Below are positions 12,005 to 27,933 of a DNA stretch of 64,000 nt, one piece after another. Position 1 is the first letter of the stretch. Every line of letters begins with the position of its first letter. Position numbers and translations under genes: made by a program. This DNA is from Eledone cirrhosa. Lineage: Eukaryota. Below the pieces are notes generated by a model that saw nothing but the letters and a program-made list of their open reading frames with translations, had not been told where the DNA came from and ran no database searches. The stretch is taken from contig OZ024766.1 in NCBI GenBank assembly GCA_964016885.1, positions 20,770,001 through 20,834,000 on the forward strand, written 5' to 3'.

Positions 12005-12303
12005 TTCTAGGGCGGGTAAAATTCCCGAGATCCATGGACGAGTTCTCTCCAGTGGTCTCTGTCCCTCATTATCGCTGCCATGTCAGAGCTGTACGGGAGC
12101 CTCCCGAAAGTCAGCTCAAAAGTGACACAGAGGAGACTGAGGTTAGCTGGACATGGTCACCGACATCCAGAGTTGACACTGCACTCAGTGCACCTGTGGG
12201 AGCCCCTACATGGACACACTGGAAGAGGGAGACTGAGGTTAGCTGGACATGGTCACCGACATCCAGAGTTGACACTGCACTCAGTGCATCTGTGGGAGCC
12301 CCT

Positions 12304-12371
<68 letters not shown>

Positions 12372-12620
12372 ATCTAAGGCGGGTAAAATTCCCGAGATCC
12401 ATGGACGAGTTCTCTCCAGCGGTCTCTGTCCCTCATTATTGCTGCCATATCCTGCATCTCCAACAGACCAGTGTCTGTCCTTAGGGCATCAACATATGTT
12501 AACCTTGGTCTTCCTCTTCTAGTGTGTCCATGTAGGGGCTCCCAAAGGAGCACTGAGTGCAATGTCAACTCTGGATGTCGGTGAGCATGTCCAGCTAACC
12601 TCAGTCTCCTCTGTGTCACT
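12005..12620. mobile_element. Rearranged C-terminal fragments of an RTE/RTEX-like LINE within (TA)n
   Basis: Minus strand 12374-12620 reads VTQRRLRLAGHAHRHPELTLHSVLLWEPLHGHTRRGRPRLTYVDALRTDTG..DRDRWRE; inverted and duplicated pieces occupy 12005-12310. Confidence 0.75.
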
Positions 12621-12629
12621 ATATATATA

Positions 12630-13062
12630 TAGTAATAATAATAAAATTGAAGACTAAAATCCAAAGAGGGCTCGATAAGGATAAATATATATCAAATATA
12701 TAAGAACCGCAGAGCAAATATTTATTAAAATAACAGATTAAAGTTTAAGCAAAGAATCGCTGCTTTCACCCTTAACGGGATCTTCTGAAACTAACAAAGT
12801 CAATCTGTAAACGCAGAACTGGATATTTCAAAAAACGTTGCAACCGGAGGAAGACAGGAAGACGATACTTTGGTTCGTGGAAACGTTCGCTGGCAAAGAA
12901 CGGGAAAAAACGAATAAACGTCATTAATAGGAGCGGTGGAAAACAATTACGCGCAAAGACAGAACCACGTTTAGGTATAAAAGAGGTAGTTTCAGAAGAT
13001 CCTGTTAAGGGTGAAAGCAGCGATTCTTTGCTTAAACTTTAATCTGTTATTTTAATAAATAT
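12630..13062. mobile_element. Putative Penelope-like terminal repeat with an inverted partial copy and hammerhead-like fold
   Basis: 12716-12793 is inverted at 12987-13062. Contains CAGAAGA-stem-GAAA and a downstream AATAAA, with (TA)n on both sides. A further copy is at 21966-22182. Confidence 0.55.
12733..12808 (-). ncRNA. Type I hammerhead-ribozyme-like motif (non-canonical core)
   Basis: Three helices around CAGAAGA/GAAA: AGTTT:AAACT extended by ACAGATTGA:TTAATCTGT, CCC:GGG, and AGCA:TGCT. Confidence 0.45.
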
Positions 13063-13078
13063 ATATATATATATATAT

Positions 13079-13490
13079 ATCATCATCATCATCATCATCA
13101 CCGTTTTACGTCCGTTCTTCCACGCTAGCATGGGTTAGACGGGTTGTCCTGTTGTTGGCAGTGTCCGGTCGGCTGACCATGTCTTGCTCATACAGGAACT
13201 GATTCTGGCTTGATTTCTACAGCTGGATGCCCTTCCTAACACCAACCTCATTTACAGTGTGTGCTGGGTGCTTTTTCATGGCGTCTACACGTCCACTTTA
13301 CAGTGTGGGCTGGGTGCTTTTTTGCCGTGGCACCTCCACGACCACTTTACAGTGTGGGCTGGGTGCTTTTTTGCCGTGGCACCTCCACGACCACTTTACA
13401 GTGTGGGCTGGGTGCTTACACTGTAAAGTGGACGTGTAGGCGCCACGAAAAAAGCACCCAGCACTCACTGTAAATGAGGTTGGTGTTATA
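13079..13490 (-). mobile_element. 3' UTR of RTE family B, inverted relative to 7700-7984, with internal duplication and a terminal fold-back
   Basis: (ATC)n tail then near-identical reverse complement of 7700-7984; 13417-13488 flips back to plus orientation. Confidence 0.85.
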
Positions 13491-13645
13491 TACACAGTTC
13501 AAGAGTAACCAATCTTAAAGAGAGAGATGGAGATAGTAGAGGAGATATGAGAGGAGAGATTGGTGAGTTAGTTAGAAGCCAAAGCGTAAAGGCATGTGCT
13601 CAATGTGCAATATGCAGTAGAAAGCAGCCACCCTAACCCTAACCC

Positions 13646-14690
13646 CAACCACATTTACAGTGTGGGACTGGGAGGTTTTTACCGTGTTACCTACACAGCC
13701 ACATTACAGCGTGGACTCTGTGTTTTTTTGTCGTGACACCCACACGTCTGGCGGGTTTTCTACGGCTGGGTGCCCTTCCTAACACCAACCACGTTTACAG
13801 TGTGGAACTGGGAGGTTTTTACCGTGTTACCTACACGGCCACATTACAGCGTGGACTGTGTGTTTTTTTGTCGTGACACCCACACGTCTGGCGGGTTTTC
13901 TACGGCTGGGTGCCCTTCCTAACACCAACCACGTGTACAGTGTGGAACTGGGAGGTTTTTACCGTGTTACCTACACAGCCACATTACAGCGTGGACTGTG
14001 TGTTTTTTTGTCATGACACCTACACGTCTGGTGGGTTTTCTACGGCTGGGTGCTCTTCCTAACACCAACCACGTTTACAGTGTGGAACTGGGAGGTTTTT
14101 ACCGTGTTACCTACACGGCCACATTACAGCATGGACTGTGTGTTTTTTTGTCGTGACACCCACACGTTTGGCGGGTTTTCTACGGCTGGGTTCCCTTCCG
14201 AACAACAACCACATTTACAGTGTGAACTGGGAGGTTTTTACCTTGTTACCTACACAGCCACATTACAGCGTGGACTGTGTGTTTTTTTGTCGTGACACCT
14301 ACACGTCTGGCGGGTTTTCTACGGCTGGGTTCCCTTCCGAACACCAACCACATTTACAGTGTGGACTGGGAGGTTTTTACCTTGTTACCTACACAGCCAC
14401 ATTACAGCGTGGACTGTGTGTTTTTTTGTCGTGACACCTACACGTCTGGTGGGTTTTCTACGGCTGGGTGCCCTTCCGAACACCAACCACGTTTACAGTG
14501 TGGAACTGGGAGGTTTTTACCGTGTTGCCTACACGTCCACATTACAGCGTGGACTGTGTGTGTTTTTTTGTCGTGACACCTACACGACCTCATTTGTTTC
14601 GGACTGGATGTTGTGACACCAACATAACTTTACATCGAAAGGGGGTGGTGTGGATGGGGTGGGGTTAGTGGGACGGGGGTGTATTTTTAT
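13646..14690 (-). repeat. RTE family A 3' UTR fragment with a 140-bp tandem array (~7 copies)
   Basis: ACCGTGTTAC at 13681, 13821, 13961 and 14101. The unique flank 14580-14690 matches 5890-5990. Confidence 0.85.
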
Positions 14691-14738
14691 ATACTTATAA
14701 TAATATCTTTCCTCCTTTTATTTGTTCTTTTTTTTCAG

Positions 14739-15810
14739 GAAAACCGTTGATAAAATGAAAGAAAGGGCTGTCATTGAATACGACAAGAATGTGAAACGCT
14801 ACGCCAAACTACAGTTTGAAGCTAAAAAGAAGGCTGAGAAAGAGAACCAGCGACTTGAGGCTAGTCGACAGTACGATGGGCAGGTAACTCAGCTCGGTAA
14901 AATGACCATTAAACAGAAGCTGAAGACTTTGGCTTTCCGTCCGAAGGCGTCGCGTCCGTTTTTACATAACACCACGCCACGCGGGAACGCTCCGACGTTT
15001 GGCGGCGCAGCGACGTCCATGAAGGACGGTAAAACAACGATCGTGTCTCGCGGGCCGAACATAATGTACGTGAACACAAATGGCGGACAGCCGTTGTTTC
15101 CGCCTGATACCGATAGACGAGAAGACGACGACGACGACGATGATGATGAATCGAGGGCAGGAGGGGGCCTGTTCAGGCGCCGAGGGTTAGGGAACATAGC
15201 CTTTCTCGGAAACATGAATGCTGCAGCCCGTCGCTCGATGATGGTCGCCGACGCCGAGGAGGACGACGGCGGCGGCGACGGGACGACGAGGTCGGGCCTC
15301 AGCCGCAGAGACGACGGCCTAGCCGCCGCCGGCGCGACGAGCAGCACCGCCGGCGCCGGCGCCGCCGCGACGACGCCGCGCCGTCGCCACGGCAACATGA
15401 ACCTCTCCCAGAGCCAGATGGTCAGCAGCGAGCACCTCTCGGCCGACCTGAACAAGCAGCTGGTGGTGATGGCCGCCCTCGGCAACGACCCCGGCCGCCT
15501 GCCCTGGAACGACGAGGTCCTCGGCAGGCTGCACGAGGGGTCGCCGCACGGCGTCGAGGACGAGGGCGACGAGGACATCCTCACGAAGTACTCGTCCCTC
15601 GAGCTCTTCCTCGTCACCTTCAATCTGGAGAACTACCTGGACGTGTTCAGCCGGGAGCAGATCGACCTGGAGGCCCTGATGCTGCTCGAGGAGGCCGACC
15701 TGATGGCGCTGAGCGTGCAGATGGGGCCCCGGCGCAAGCTGATGAACGCCATCGAGAGGAGGCGGCGGGTGCTGAGCAGCCCCGGGCCGATGGTGGACTC
15801 GCCCCTGTGA
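14739..15810 (+). CDS. USH1G: SANS/USH1G homolog, terminal coding exon (coiled coil, central domain, SAM, PDZ-binding motif)
   Basis: TTTTTCAG| acceptor. Contains LFRRRGLGNIAF and LPWND motifs, SAM domain SSLELFL..EQIDLEALMLLEEADL..MGPRRKL and C-terminus DSPL*. Joined CDS is 1464 nt, 487 aa. Confidence 0.93.
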
Positions 15811-16116
15811 GAGGAGGTAGAGGTGATGGCGGGGGCGGGGGCGGGGCTATTGGGGTGGATGGGGGGCTGTGGGGGGCGGGGGCGGGGGTGCAGAGGAATG
15901 AGGAAGGGGGTTGGAGGAGGAGGAGGAGGGGTTAGAAGAGAAGGTAGAGGTGGGGCTGGTGGGGGGGGGGGGTGCAGAGGAATGAGGAAGGGGTTGGGGG
16001 AGGAATAGGAGGAGGAGGGGTTAGATGTGGTGGGAGGTGAGAGGATGGTGGGAGGTGGGGGGAGGAAGGGAAAAGATGTTCATTTCTGTGGGTTTTTTAA
16101 AAATATTATATTTTTC

Positions 16117-19000
<2,884 letters not shown>

Positions 19001-19134
19001 CATTGCTATATTTTGTTTATTTTGATTTGAAAATAAATTTATATTTAAAATATTTTTCTAAATTACAACACTATACTTCTCCTTTGTTTGAAGATGTGAT
19101 CTAGTTATGTGTGTGTTGTTTGTCTAACATAACA

Positions 19135-20075
19135 TTTTAAACTGGGTGAGAGAAAGGCTGAGCTTTGATAAGTTGAAGGAGAAGAATCTGAGGTGGTGTA
19201 CAGGAGAGGAGACTGTACTGGTATGGACATGTGGTGTGTATGGATGGTGATTGTTGGGTGAAGAAGTGTCAGGAGTTCCCAGTGGAAGGAAGCTGCAGTA
19301 GAGGAAGACCTGGGTATAAGAGGAATCAGATGTAGTTTGTAGGAGAGGAGACTGCACTGCTATAGACATGTGGTGTGTATGGATGGTGATTGTTGGGTGA
19401 AGAAGTGTCAGGAGTTCCCAGTGGAAGGAAGCTGCAGTAGAGGAAGACCTGGGTATAAGAGGAGACTGCACTGGTATAGACATGTGATGTGTATGGATGG
19501 TGATTGTTGGGTGAAGAAGTGTCAGGAGTTCCCAGTGGAAGGAAGCTGCAGTAGAGGAAGACCTGGGTGTACGAGGAGACTGCACTGGTATAGACATGTG
19601 GTGTGTATGGATGGTGATTGTTGGGTGAAGAAGTGTCAGGAGTTCCCAGTGGAAGGAAGCTGCAGTAGAGGAAGACCTGGGTATAAGAGGAGACTGCACT
19701 GGTATAGACATGTGATGTGTATGGATGGTGATTGTTGGGTGAAGAAGTGTCAGGAGTTCCCAGTGGAAGGAAGCTGCAGTAGAGGAAGACCTGGGTATAA
19801 GAGAAGACTGCACTGATATAGACATGTGGTGTGTATGGATGGTGACTGTTGGGTGAAGAAGTGTCAGGAGTTCCCAGTGGAAGGAAGCTGCAGTAGAGGA
19901 AGACCTGGGTATAAGAGAAGACTGCACTGGTATAGACATGTGATGTGTATGGATGGTGACTGTTGGGTGAAGAAGTGTCAGGAGTTCCCAGTGGAATGAA
20001 GCTGCAGTAGAAGTCGACCAAGAAAGACCTGGACAGAGAGGAGACTGTGCTGGTACAGACATGTGATGTGTATGG
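19135..20075 (+). repeat. 114-bp tandem array derived from an RTE ORF C-terminus (~7 copies)
   Basis: The unit encodes RRLHWYRHVMCMDGDCWVKKCQEFPVEGSCSRGRPGYK (38 aa). Confidence 0.85.
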
Positions 20076-20089
20076 ACATTAAACTGAGT

Positions 20090-20703
20090 TTATGATGCCT
20101 GTATACGAACAGCAATGTTACATGGTAGTGAGACCTGGGCACTGTCTGTGGAAGACTTGCGTAGATTAGAAAGAAACGAAGCCTGCATGCTCCGATGGAT
20201 GTGTAACAGTAATATACGCGAACGGCAAAGCATAAACGAATTGAGAGAGAGACTGAGCATAAGAGGAATCAAATGCTGTGTGCAGGAGAGGCGGTTGCGT
20301 TGGTATGGACATGTGATGTGTATGATGGATGACAGCTGCATAAAAAGGTGCAGAGCACTAGAAGTCAATGGAAACCGCGGAGTGGGGAGACCCAAGATGA
20401 CCTGGGATGAGGTGATAAAAGCCGACCTTACCCAATTACACCTCTCAAAGGCGATGACACACGACCGTGACCTCTGGCGTCACCCCATGGGTACAAGCCG
20501 AAGCTGAAGCATATAGACAATATGTCCCCACACTGTAAATGAGGTTGGTGTTAGGAAGGGCATCCAGCTGTAGAAATTAAGCCAGAACCAGTTCCCGTAT
20601 GAGCAAGGCATGGTCAGCCGACCAGACACTGCCCGCAACAGGACAACCCGTCTAACCCATGCTAGCGTGGAAGAACGGACGTAAAACGGTGATGATGATG
20701 ATG
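20090..20703 (+). mobile_element. Second, shorter copy of RTE family B (ORF C-terminus, 3' UTR, GAT tail)
   Basis: Near-identical to ~7235-7970, with deletions in the terminal codons and UTR. Confidence 0.92.
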
Positions 20704-21902
20704 GTATACACATAGATATTTGTATATATATATACACACACACACACATAGCTATATATATATACACACACACATTTAGATTTGCACACGCAATTAGACT
20801 TTTATTGAGTGTTCAAAGGGAAATAACTCGTGTAAACATTGCTAAGCCGCCACGAATGGATTAGAAAGACTAAAAGTTTCAGTAAGAAGAGGAGGTTTGG
20901 AGGCGCCATTAGAAAGAGAGAGGTAAGTGTAAGAGTAGTGGTTATAGTGATAGATACATAGATATTGAGGTGGTGGTTAGAAAGATACAGAGTGTTGACG
21001 AAGTAGCAATAAATATGATCAACAGGCGAAGTTAAGAAGTAGTAGTAGTGGGAGTGTAAACTATTGAATATACGTGAGAGGGGGATTAGAAAGATATAAA
21101 GTACTGTACTGAGAGAAAGAGTATAAGTAACGAGTCAATTAGAAAGATACTGAGCTTTTGAAAGAGTAGCAGAGAAAGAGTAAAAAATGTAGGAGAGGCG
21201 TAGGTAGAGGAGAAAGTATATGATATATAGGAGAGGGGGATGGTTTGAACGAGAGAGAGAGACAGATAAAAATGGAGAGAGGGGTAGAAAGAGATAGATA
21301 GATAGATATAAGGGAGGGAAAAAGTGATAGCGTAATTAAAGTGAGAGAGTAGGAGACAAGGGGAGAGAGAGAAATAACACAGAGGGAGGGGTAGTGAAAG
21401 TAAGGGAGTAAAAGTATTTAAAGGGGGAGAATGAGAGTTAAAGAGATAGCGTAATAAATATGAGGGAGGGGGGAGAAAATAAGAGAGAGGGGGGAGTTAA
21501 AGAGAAAGCGTAATAAATATGAGAGGGGAGAAGAAAACAAGAGAGAGGTATAGAAATATAAGAGAGGAGTAGTAGAAGTGACAGCGCAATAAATGTGATA
21601 GAGTAGGAGGAAACTAGAAAGACACATAGGTACGAGAGAGGTGAAGTAAAAGTGAGAAGGTAATAAATGTGAGGGAGGAGAAGAAAACGAGAGAGAGGCA
21701 TAGAAATATAAGAGAGTAGTAGTAGAAATGACAGCGTAATAAATGTGAGAGGGTAGGAGTAAATGAGAAAGACAAGCAGATAGAATATAACAGATAAGTA
21801 GATAGAGTAAGAGTAACATTGAGAACTGATAAAACCGGTGTCACGATTCTAGAATACCCTTGTATTAATCTACCGGCCGGTGACTCCGTCTTTAGTCTTA
21901 TG

Positions 21903-21933
<31 letters not shown>

Positions 21934-21965
21934 CACCTCACCGCCTGTGTGTGTATATATATATA

Positions 21966-22178
21966 TATTTATTAAAATAACAAATTAAAGTTTAAGCAAA
22001 GAATCGCTGCTTTCACCCTTAGTTTCAGAAGATCCCGCTAAGGGTGAAAGCAACGATTCTTTGCTTAAACTTTAATCTGTCATTTTAATAAATATTTGCT
22101 CTACGGTTCTTATATATTTGATATATATTTATCCTTATCGAGCCCTCTTTGGATTTTAGTCTTCAAATTTATTATTAT

Positions 22179-22250
<72 letters not shown>

Positions 22251-22623
22251 AGGGGCTCCCACAGGTGCACTGAGTGCAGTGTCAACTCTGGATGTCGGTG
22301 ACCATGTCCAGCTAACCTCAGTCTCCTCTGTGTCACTTTTGAGCTGACTTTCGGGAGGCTCACGTACAGCTCTGACATGGCAGCGATAATGAGGGACAGA
22401 GACCACTGGAGAGAACTCGTCCATGGATCTCGGGAATTTTACCCGCTCCTTTGGGAGCCCCTACATGGACACACTAGAAGTGGAAGACCAAGGTTAACGT
22501 ATGTTGATGCCCTAAGGACAGACATTGGTCTGTTGGAGATGCAGGACATGGCAGCGATAATGAGGGACAGAGACCGCTGGAGAGAACTCGTCCATGGATC
22601 TCGGGAATTTTACCCGCCTTAGA
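21966..22623. mobile_element. Rearranged inverted homolog of 11900-13062 (Penelope-like repeat plus RTE/RTEX-like fragments)
   Basis: The same sequence blocks in opposite orientation; ORFs 12034(+) and 22110(-) share their N-terminal translation. Confidence 0.85.
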
Positions 22624-22764
22624 TATATATATATATATAGGAACAAGTATGACCCCGACGGCAGAGCTCAAGCCGTTTCGACGGCTAATTCTGGACTAAA
22701 TGTAGTACAGAAGTTGATTCTTGCTCTATATTTCTTTCTCACTGCCTCTCTGTCTTTTGATAGA

Positions 22765-23330
22765 GGGTCCTGTCAGAAGCAACTGTCTCCAACTGATCTG
22801 ACTGGGTCCCCAAGCACGACCAGCCAATCTCATGGATGTTACCCTACCATCTTGCTCCAGGTCTACCTCTGGGTCTCCTGTAAAATCTTTCCCCCAGCAA
22901 TATATGTTATCCAAAGGAAAGACAGAGACAGCTTGGCACCAGTGTCATCACTACATACACTTCTTCTTTACCCACTTAGTCCTGAGAAGGTCGCGGGGGT
23001 TGAAGAGCCCTCAAACACTCCTAGCAGTGGGTCCTGTTAGAAGCAACTGTCTCCAACTGATCTGACTGGGTCCCCAAGCAAGACCAGCCAAGCTCATGGA
23101 TGTTACCCTCCCATCTTGCTCCAGGTCTACCTCTGGGTCTCCTGTAAAATCTGTCCCCCCCAGCAATATATGTTGTTATCCAAGGGAAAGACAGACACAG
23201 CTTGGCACCAGTGTCATCCCTATATACCCTTCTTCTTTACCCACTTAGTCCTGAGAAGGTCGTGGGGGGTGAAGAGCCCTGAAACACTCCTAGCAGTGGG
23301 TCCTGTCAGAAGCAACTGTCTCCAACTGAT
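22765..23330 (-). mobile_element. Decayed RTE (Expander/Rex3-like) C-terminal fragment, tandemly duplicated (~265 bp x2)
   Basis: Minus strand reads RRPRGRPGARW*GNIHEIGWSCLGTQSDQLETVASDR. Confidence 0.6.
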
Positions 23331-23414
23331 GTATTAAGTCCTGTCAAATCAGGGAGTCACACCTGGTAGAGCTGTAAATGCCCCAAGCTATGGGTCGTCT
23401 ATCAAAGATCGGCA

Positions 23415-23415
23415 A

Positions 23416-23453
<38 letters not shown>

Positions 23454-24907
23454 ATGGTAGTAGTTGTAGTAATAGTAGTGGTAGTGGTAGTAGTAGTAGT
23501 AGTAATTCCAGTGGTGGTGTAGTAGTAGTAGTAGATGGGCACTTGACTTTTGATAGTTTTAGGGACGCCATCGCCACCACCACCATCACTATGAGCACAG
23601 CTTCGCCGCCACCACCACTACCACTATAGGCGCAAAGGTCGGGAACGTCATCCCCCACCGCCACCACCACACACCACACACCACCACACACACCGCCGCC
23701 ACCACCACACACCACCACACACACCGCCGCCACCACCACACACCACACACCACCACACACACCGCCGCCGCCACCACCACCATCACTATAAGCACAGCTT
23801 CGCCGCCACCACCACACACCACCACACACACCGCCGCCGCCACCACCACCATCACTATAAGCACAGCTTCGCCGCCACCACCACTACCACTAATAAGACC
23901 GCCGCCACCACCACCACCACCTTACACACCACCACACCGCCGCCGCCACCACCACCATCACTATAAGCGCAAAGGCCACCACCACCTTACACACCACCAC
24001 ACCGCCGCCGCCACCACCACCATCACTATAAGCGCAAAGGCCACCACCACCACACCGCCGCCGCCACCACCACCTTACACACCACCACCACCACCACCTT
24101 ACACACCACCACACCGCCGCCGCCACCATCACTATAAGCGCAAAGGTCACCCCCACCACCACCACCACCACCTTACACACCACCACACCGCCGCCGCCAC
24201 CACCACCATCACTATAAGCGCAAAGGTCACCCCCCCCCACCACCACCACCAATAAGACCGCCACCACCACCACCACCACCACCACTAATAAGACCACCAC
24301 CACCACCACCACCCTACTACAAGGGCCTCTCACAGCCGTCACCTCCACCACCACCACCACTATCACTACGAGATTCACCGCCGCCGCCGCCACCACCAAC
24401 ACCACCACTAATAAGACCGCCACCACCACCACCACCCTACTACAAGGGCCTCTCACAGCCGCCACCACCACCACCACCAATAAGACCACCACCACCACCA
24501 CCACCCTACTACAATGGCCTCTTACAGCCGCCACCACCACCACCACCACCACCACCCTACTACAAGGGCCTCTCACAGCCGCCACCTCCACCACCACCAC
24601 CACTATCACTACGAGATTCACCGCCACCGCCACCACCACCACCACTACAACGACGACTGCGATAAGGGATCACGCCACCATCACCACCTCCTTTACATTG
24701 ACCACCACCACCACCACTACCACCACTACTACTACCACCACCACCACTATCACTACTACTACTACTACTACGACGACTACCACTACTACTAATATCACCA
24801 CCAACACTATTACAACTACACTCCCCTTCTAAAAAGGGCCGTTACTACCACTACCACTACTACTACTACCACTACTACCACTACTACTACCACTACTACC
24901 ACTACTA

Positions 24908-24941
<34 letters not shown>

Positions 24942-27058
24942 CACTACTACAATCAGAAATGCCACCACAACTACCATTACTACTACTACTACCACTCCCA
25001 CCACTACCGGAAGTATACCCCCACCACCTACTTCACTTCTACTACGACCACTACCCTCACTCCCTTCACACTAATATCATCACCACCCTCTCACCACCAC
25101 CAATACCACCTGAAGGACCTCTCTCCCCCCACCATCATTACACCACTAATACTACCACCGCCACCACCGCGTTAATACTACCATCACCATCACCATCATA
25201 AACTATCGCCACCACTATTAATACTACTACTCTCACCACCACCACACTAATACTTCCGCCATTTCCACCACTTCCACAGTAATACTAACTCTCACCACCA
25301 CCACCACACTAATACTTCCGCCATTTCCACCACTTCCACAGTAATACTAACTCTCACCACCACCACCACCAGCAGGACTACTACCACCACGCCACTAACA
25401 CCACTCCCACCACCACCAGCAGCAGCAGGACTACTACCACCACGACAGTAACACCACTCCCACCTCCACCACCAGCAGCAGGACTACCACCACGACAGTA
25501 ACACCACTCCCACCTCCACCAGCAGCAGCAGGACTACCACCACGACAGTAACACCACTCCCACCTCCACCAGCAGCAGCAGGACTACCACCACGACAGTG
25601 ACACCACTCCCACCTCCACCAGCAGCACCAGCAGGACTACCACCACGACAGTAACACCACTCCCACCTCCACCACCAGCAGCAGGACTACCACCACGACA
25701 GTAACACCACTCCCACCACCACCACCAGCAGGACTACCACCACGACAGTAACACCACTCCCACCACCACTGGCAGGACTACCACCACCACGACAGTAACA
25801 CCTCTCCCACCATCACCCACCACCCACCACCAGCAGCAGCAGGACATCCACCACCACGACAGTGACGCCACTCCCACCACCACCATCAGGACTACCACCA
25901 CGACAGTGACGCCACTCCCACCACCACCACCAGCAGGACTACCACCACGACAGTGACACCACTCCCACCACCACCACCACAGTAACTCTACTCCCACCGC
26001 CACCAGCCACGCTACCACCACGACACTATCACCACTCCCACCACCACCACCACCACCACAAACAACACTGTTGCTTTACATATTGTTGCACCCTCCTGGT
26101 CTCAGTGTTTGTTATTATTACTAGTTATACTAGTTAGTATTACTAGTACTACTGTTATTACTGGTGTCATTACTACTGTTACTGTTAGTATTATTATTGC
26201 TACTGGTGTTATTACAACTGTTTATTAGTAAGTATTATTACTATTATTGCTACTGTTATTATTACTAGTTAATACTAGTTAGTATTACTACTTCTGTTAG
26301 TATTATTACCACTACTGTTATTACTACCAATACTACTACTACTACTGTTAGTATTAGTACTATTGGTGTTACTACAACAGTAAGTATTACTGTTATTACT
26401 ACTACTGTTAATACTAGTTAGTATTACTAGTACTGTTAGTATTACTACCACTATAGTTATTACTACCAATACTACTAGTACTATTACAGTTAATATTAGT
26501 ATTACTATAGTTATTACTGCCAATACTACTAATACTGTTAGTATTATTACTACTGGTAATTATTACTAGTTATTACTAGTTATTAGTATTATTAGTTAGT
26601 ATTACTATTACTACTAGTACTATTGCTGTTAGTATTAGTATTACTACTGGTACTATTACTGTTATATTACTACTGTTGGTGTTGTTACTACTGTTTAATT
26701 ACTAAGTATTAACTAATTATTATTGATTATTAATTGTGAATTAATAATTGTTATTGTTGTTGTATTTATTGGTTTATTGTAGGTGTGTATAAGTTGTTAG
26801 GGTTATATATACACATATGTGTATATACTGTATATATATAGTGTGTGTATATACTGTATATATATAGTGTGTGTATATACTATGTATATATAGTTATATA
26901 TATATGTGTATATATATATATATATAACTGTATATATATATAGTGTATGTAGATATATGTATATATATATGTATATAACTATGTATATATAACTATATTT
27001 ATATATATAGTGTATATATGTGTATATATATATATAGTTACTGTTTGTTTTGTGCTAT

Positions 27059-27102
<44 letters not shown>

Positions 27103-27218
27103 TATGAAGATATAAGTGTATATACACACATATATATATATATATACACATATATATATATGTGTGTGTATATAAAATATACGTAGTCTATACCATAAAC
27201 ACTAACCACATATATATA

Positions 27219-27259
<41 letters not shown>

Positions 27260-27375
27260 GTGTATATAATTGTTGGTGTTAATCTTCATACGTCTATATA
27301 AACCTTATATACATGTATATATATATATATATACATGTATATATAGGTATGTAGATATAGACTATATATTTATAC

Positions 27376-27417
<42 letters not shown>

Positions 27418-27598
27418 CTGTATATACAAATATATACGTATATATATATATATATATATATATAACTGTATATACAAATATATACACACATATATATATA
27501 TATATATATGTGTGTATATATAGACTCGTCTCCGCCCTGATACGATGTGAGTTCATTTCCATTATATACCGTTTATATACATTCCATTATATACACCC

Positions 27599-27629
<31 letters not shown>

Positions 27630-27658
27630 TCATACACATGTATATACAATTAATACAT

Positions 27659-27699
<41 letters not shown>

Positions 27700-27889
27700 A
27701 TATATATGTGTGTATAAGTATATATTTATATATATATATTGCATACGCATGTATATACACACATGATTTGCATTTAATGCCATTATATATATATATATAT
27801 ACATATATAGTGTATATAATGTATATATATATATAGTGTATATAATGTATATATATAGATATGTATATAAATATATATATATTTATATA

Positions 27890-27933
<44 letters not shown>

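Noticed and set aside
13630-13646. CCCTAACCCTAACCC telomere-like motif (also ~4902-4923)
   Set aside because: Only about two units; too short to call an interstitial telomere.
14889-15623. Antisense and alternate-frame ORFs over SANS, the RTE ORF and the zinc-finger gene
   Set aside because: Shadow ORFs of real coding sequence with no recognisable domains.
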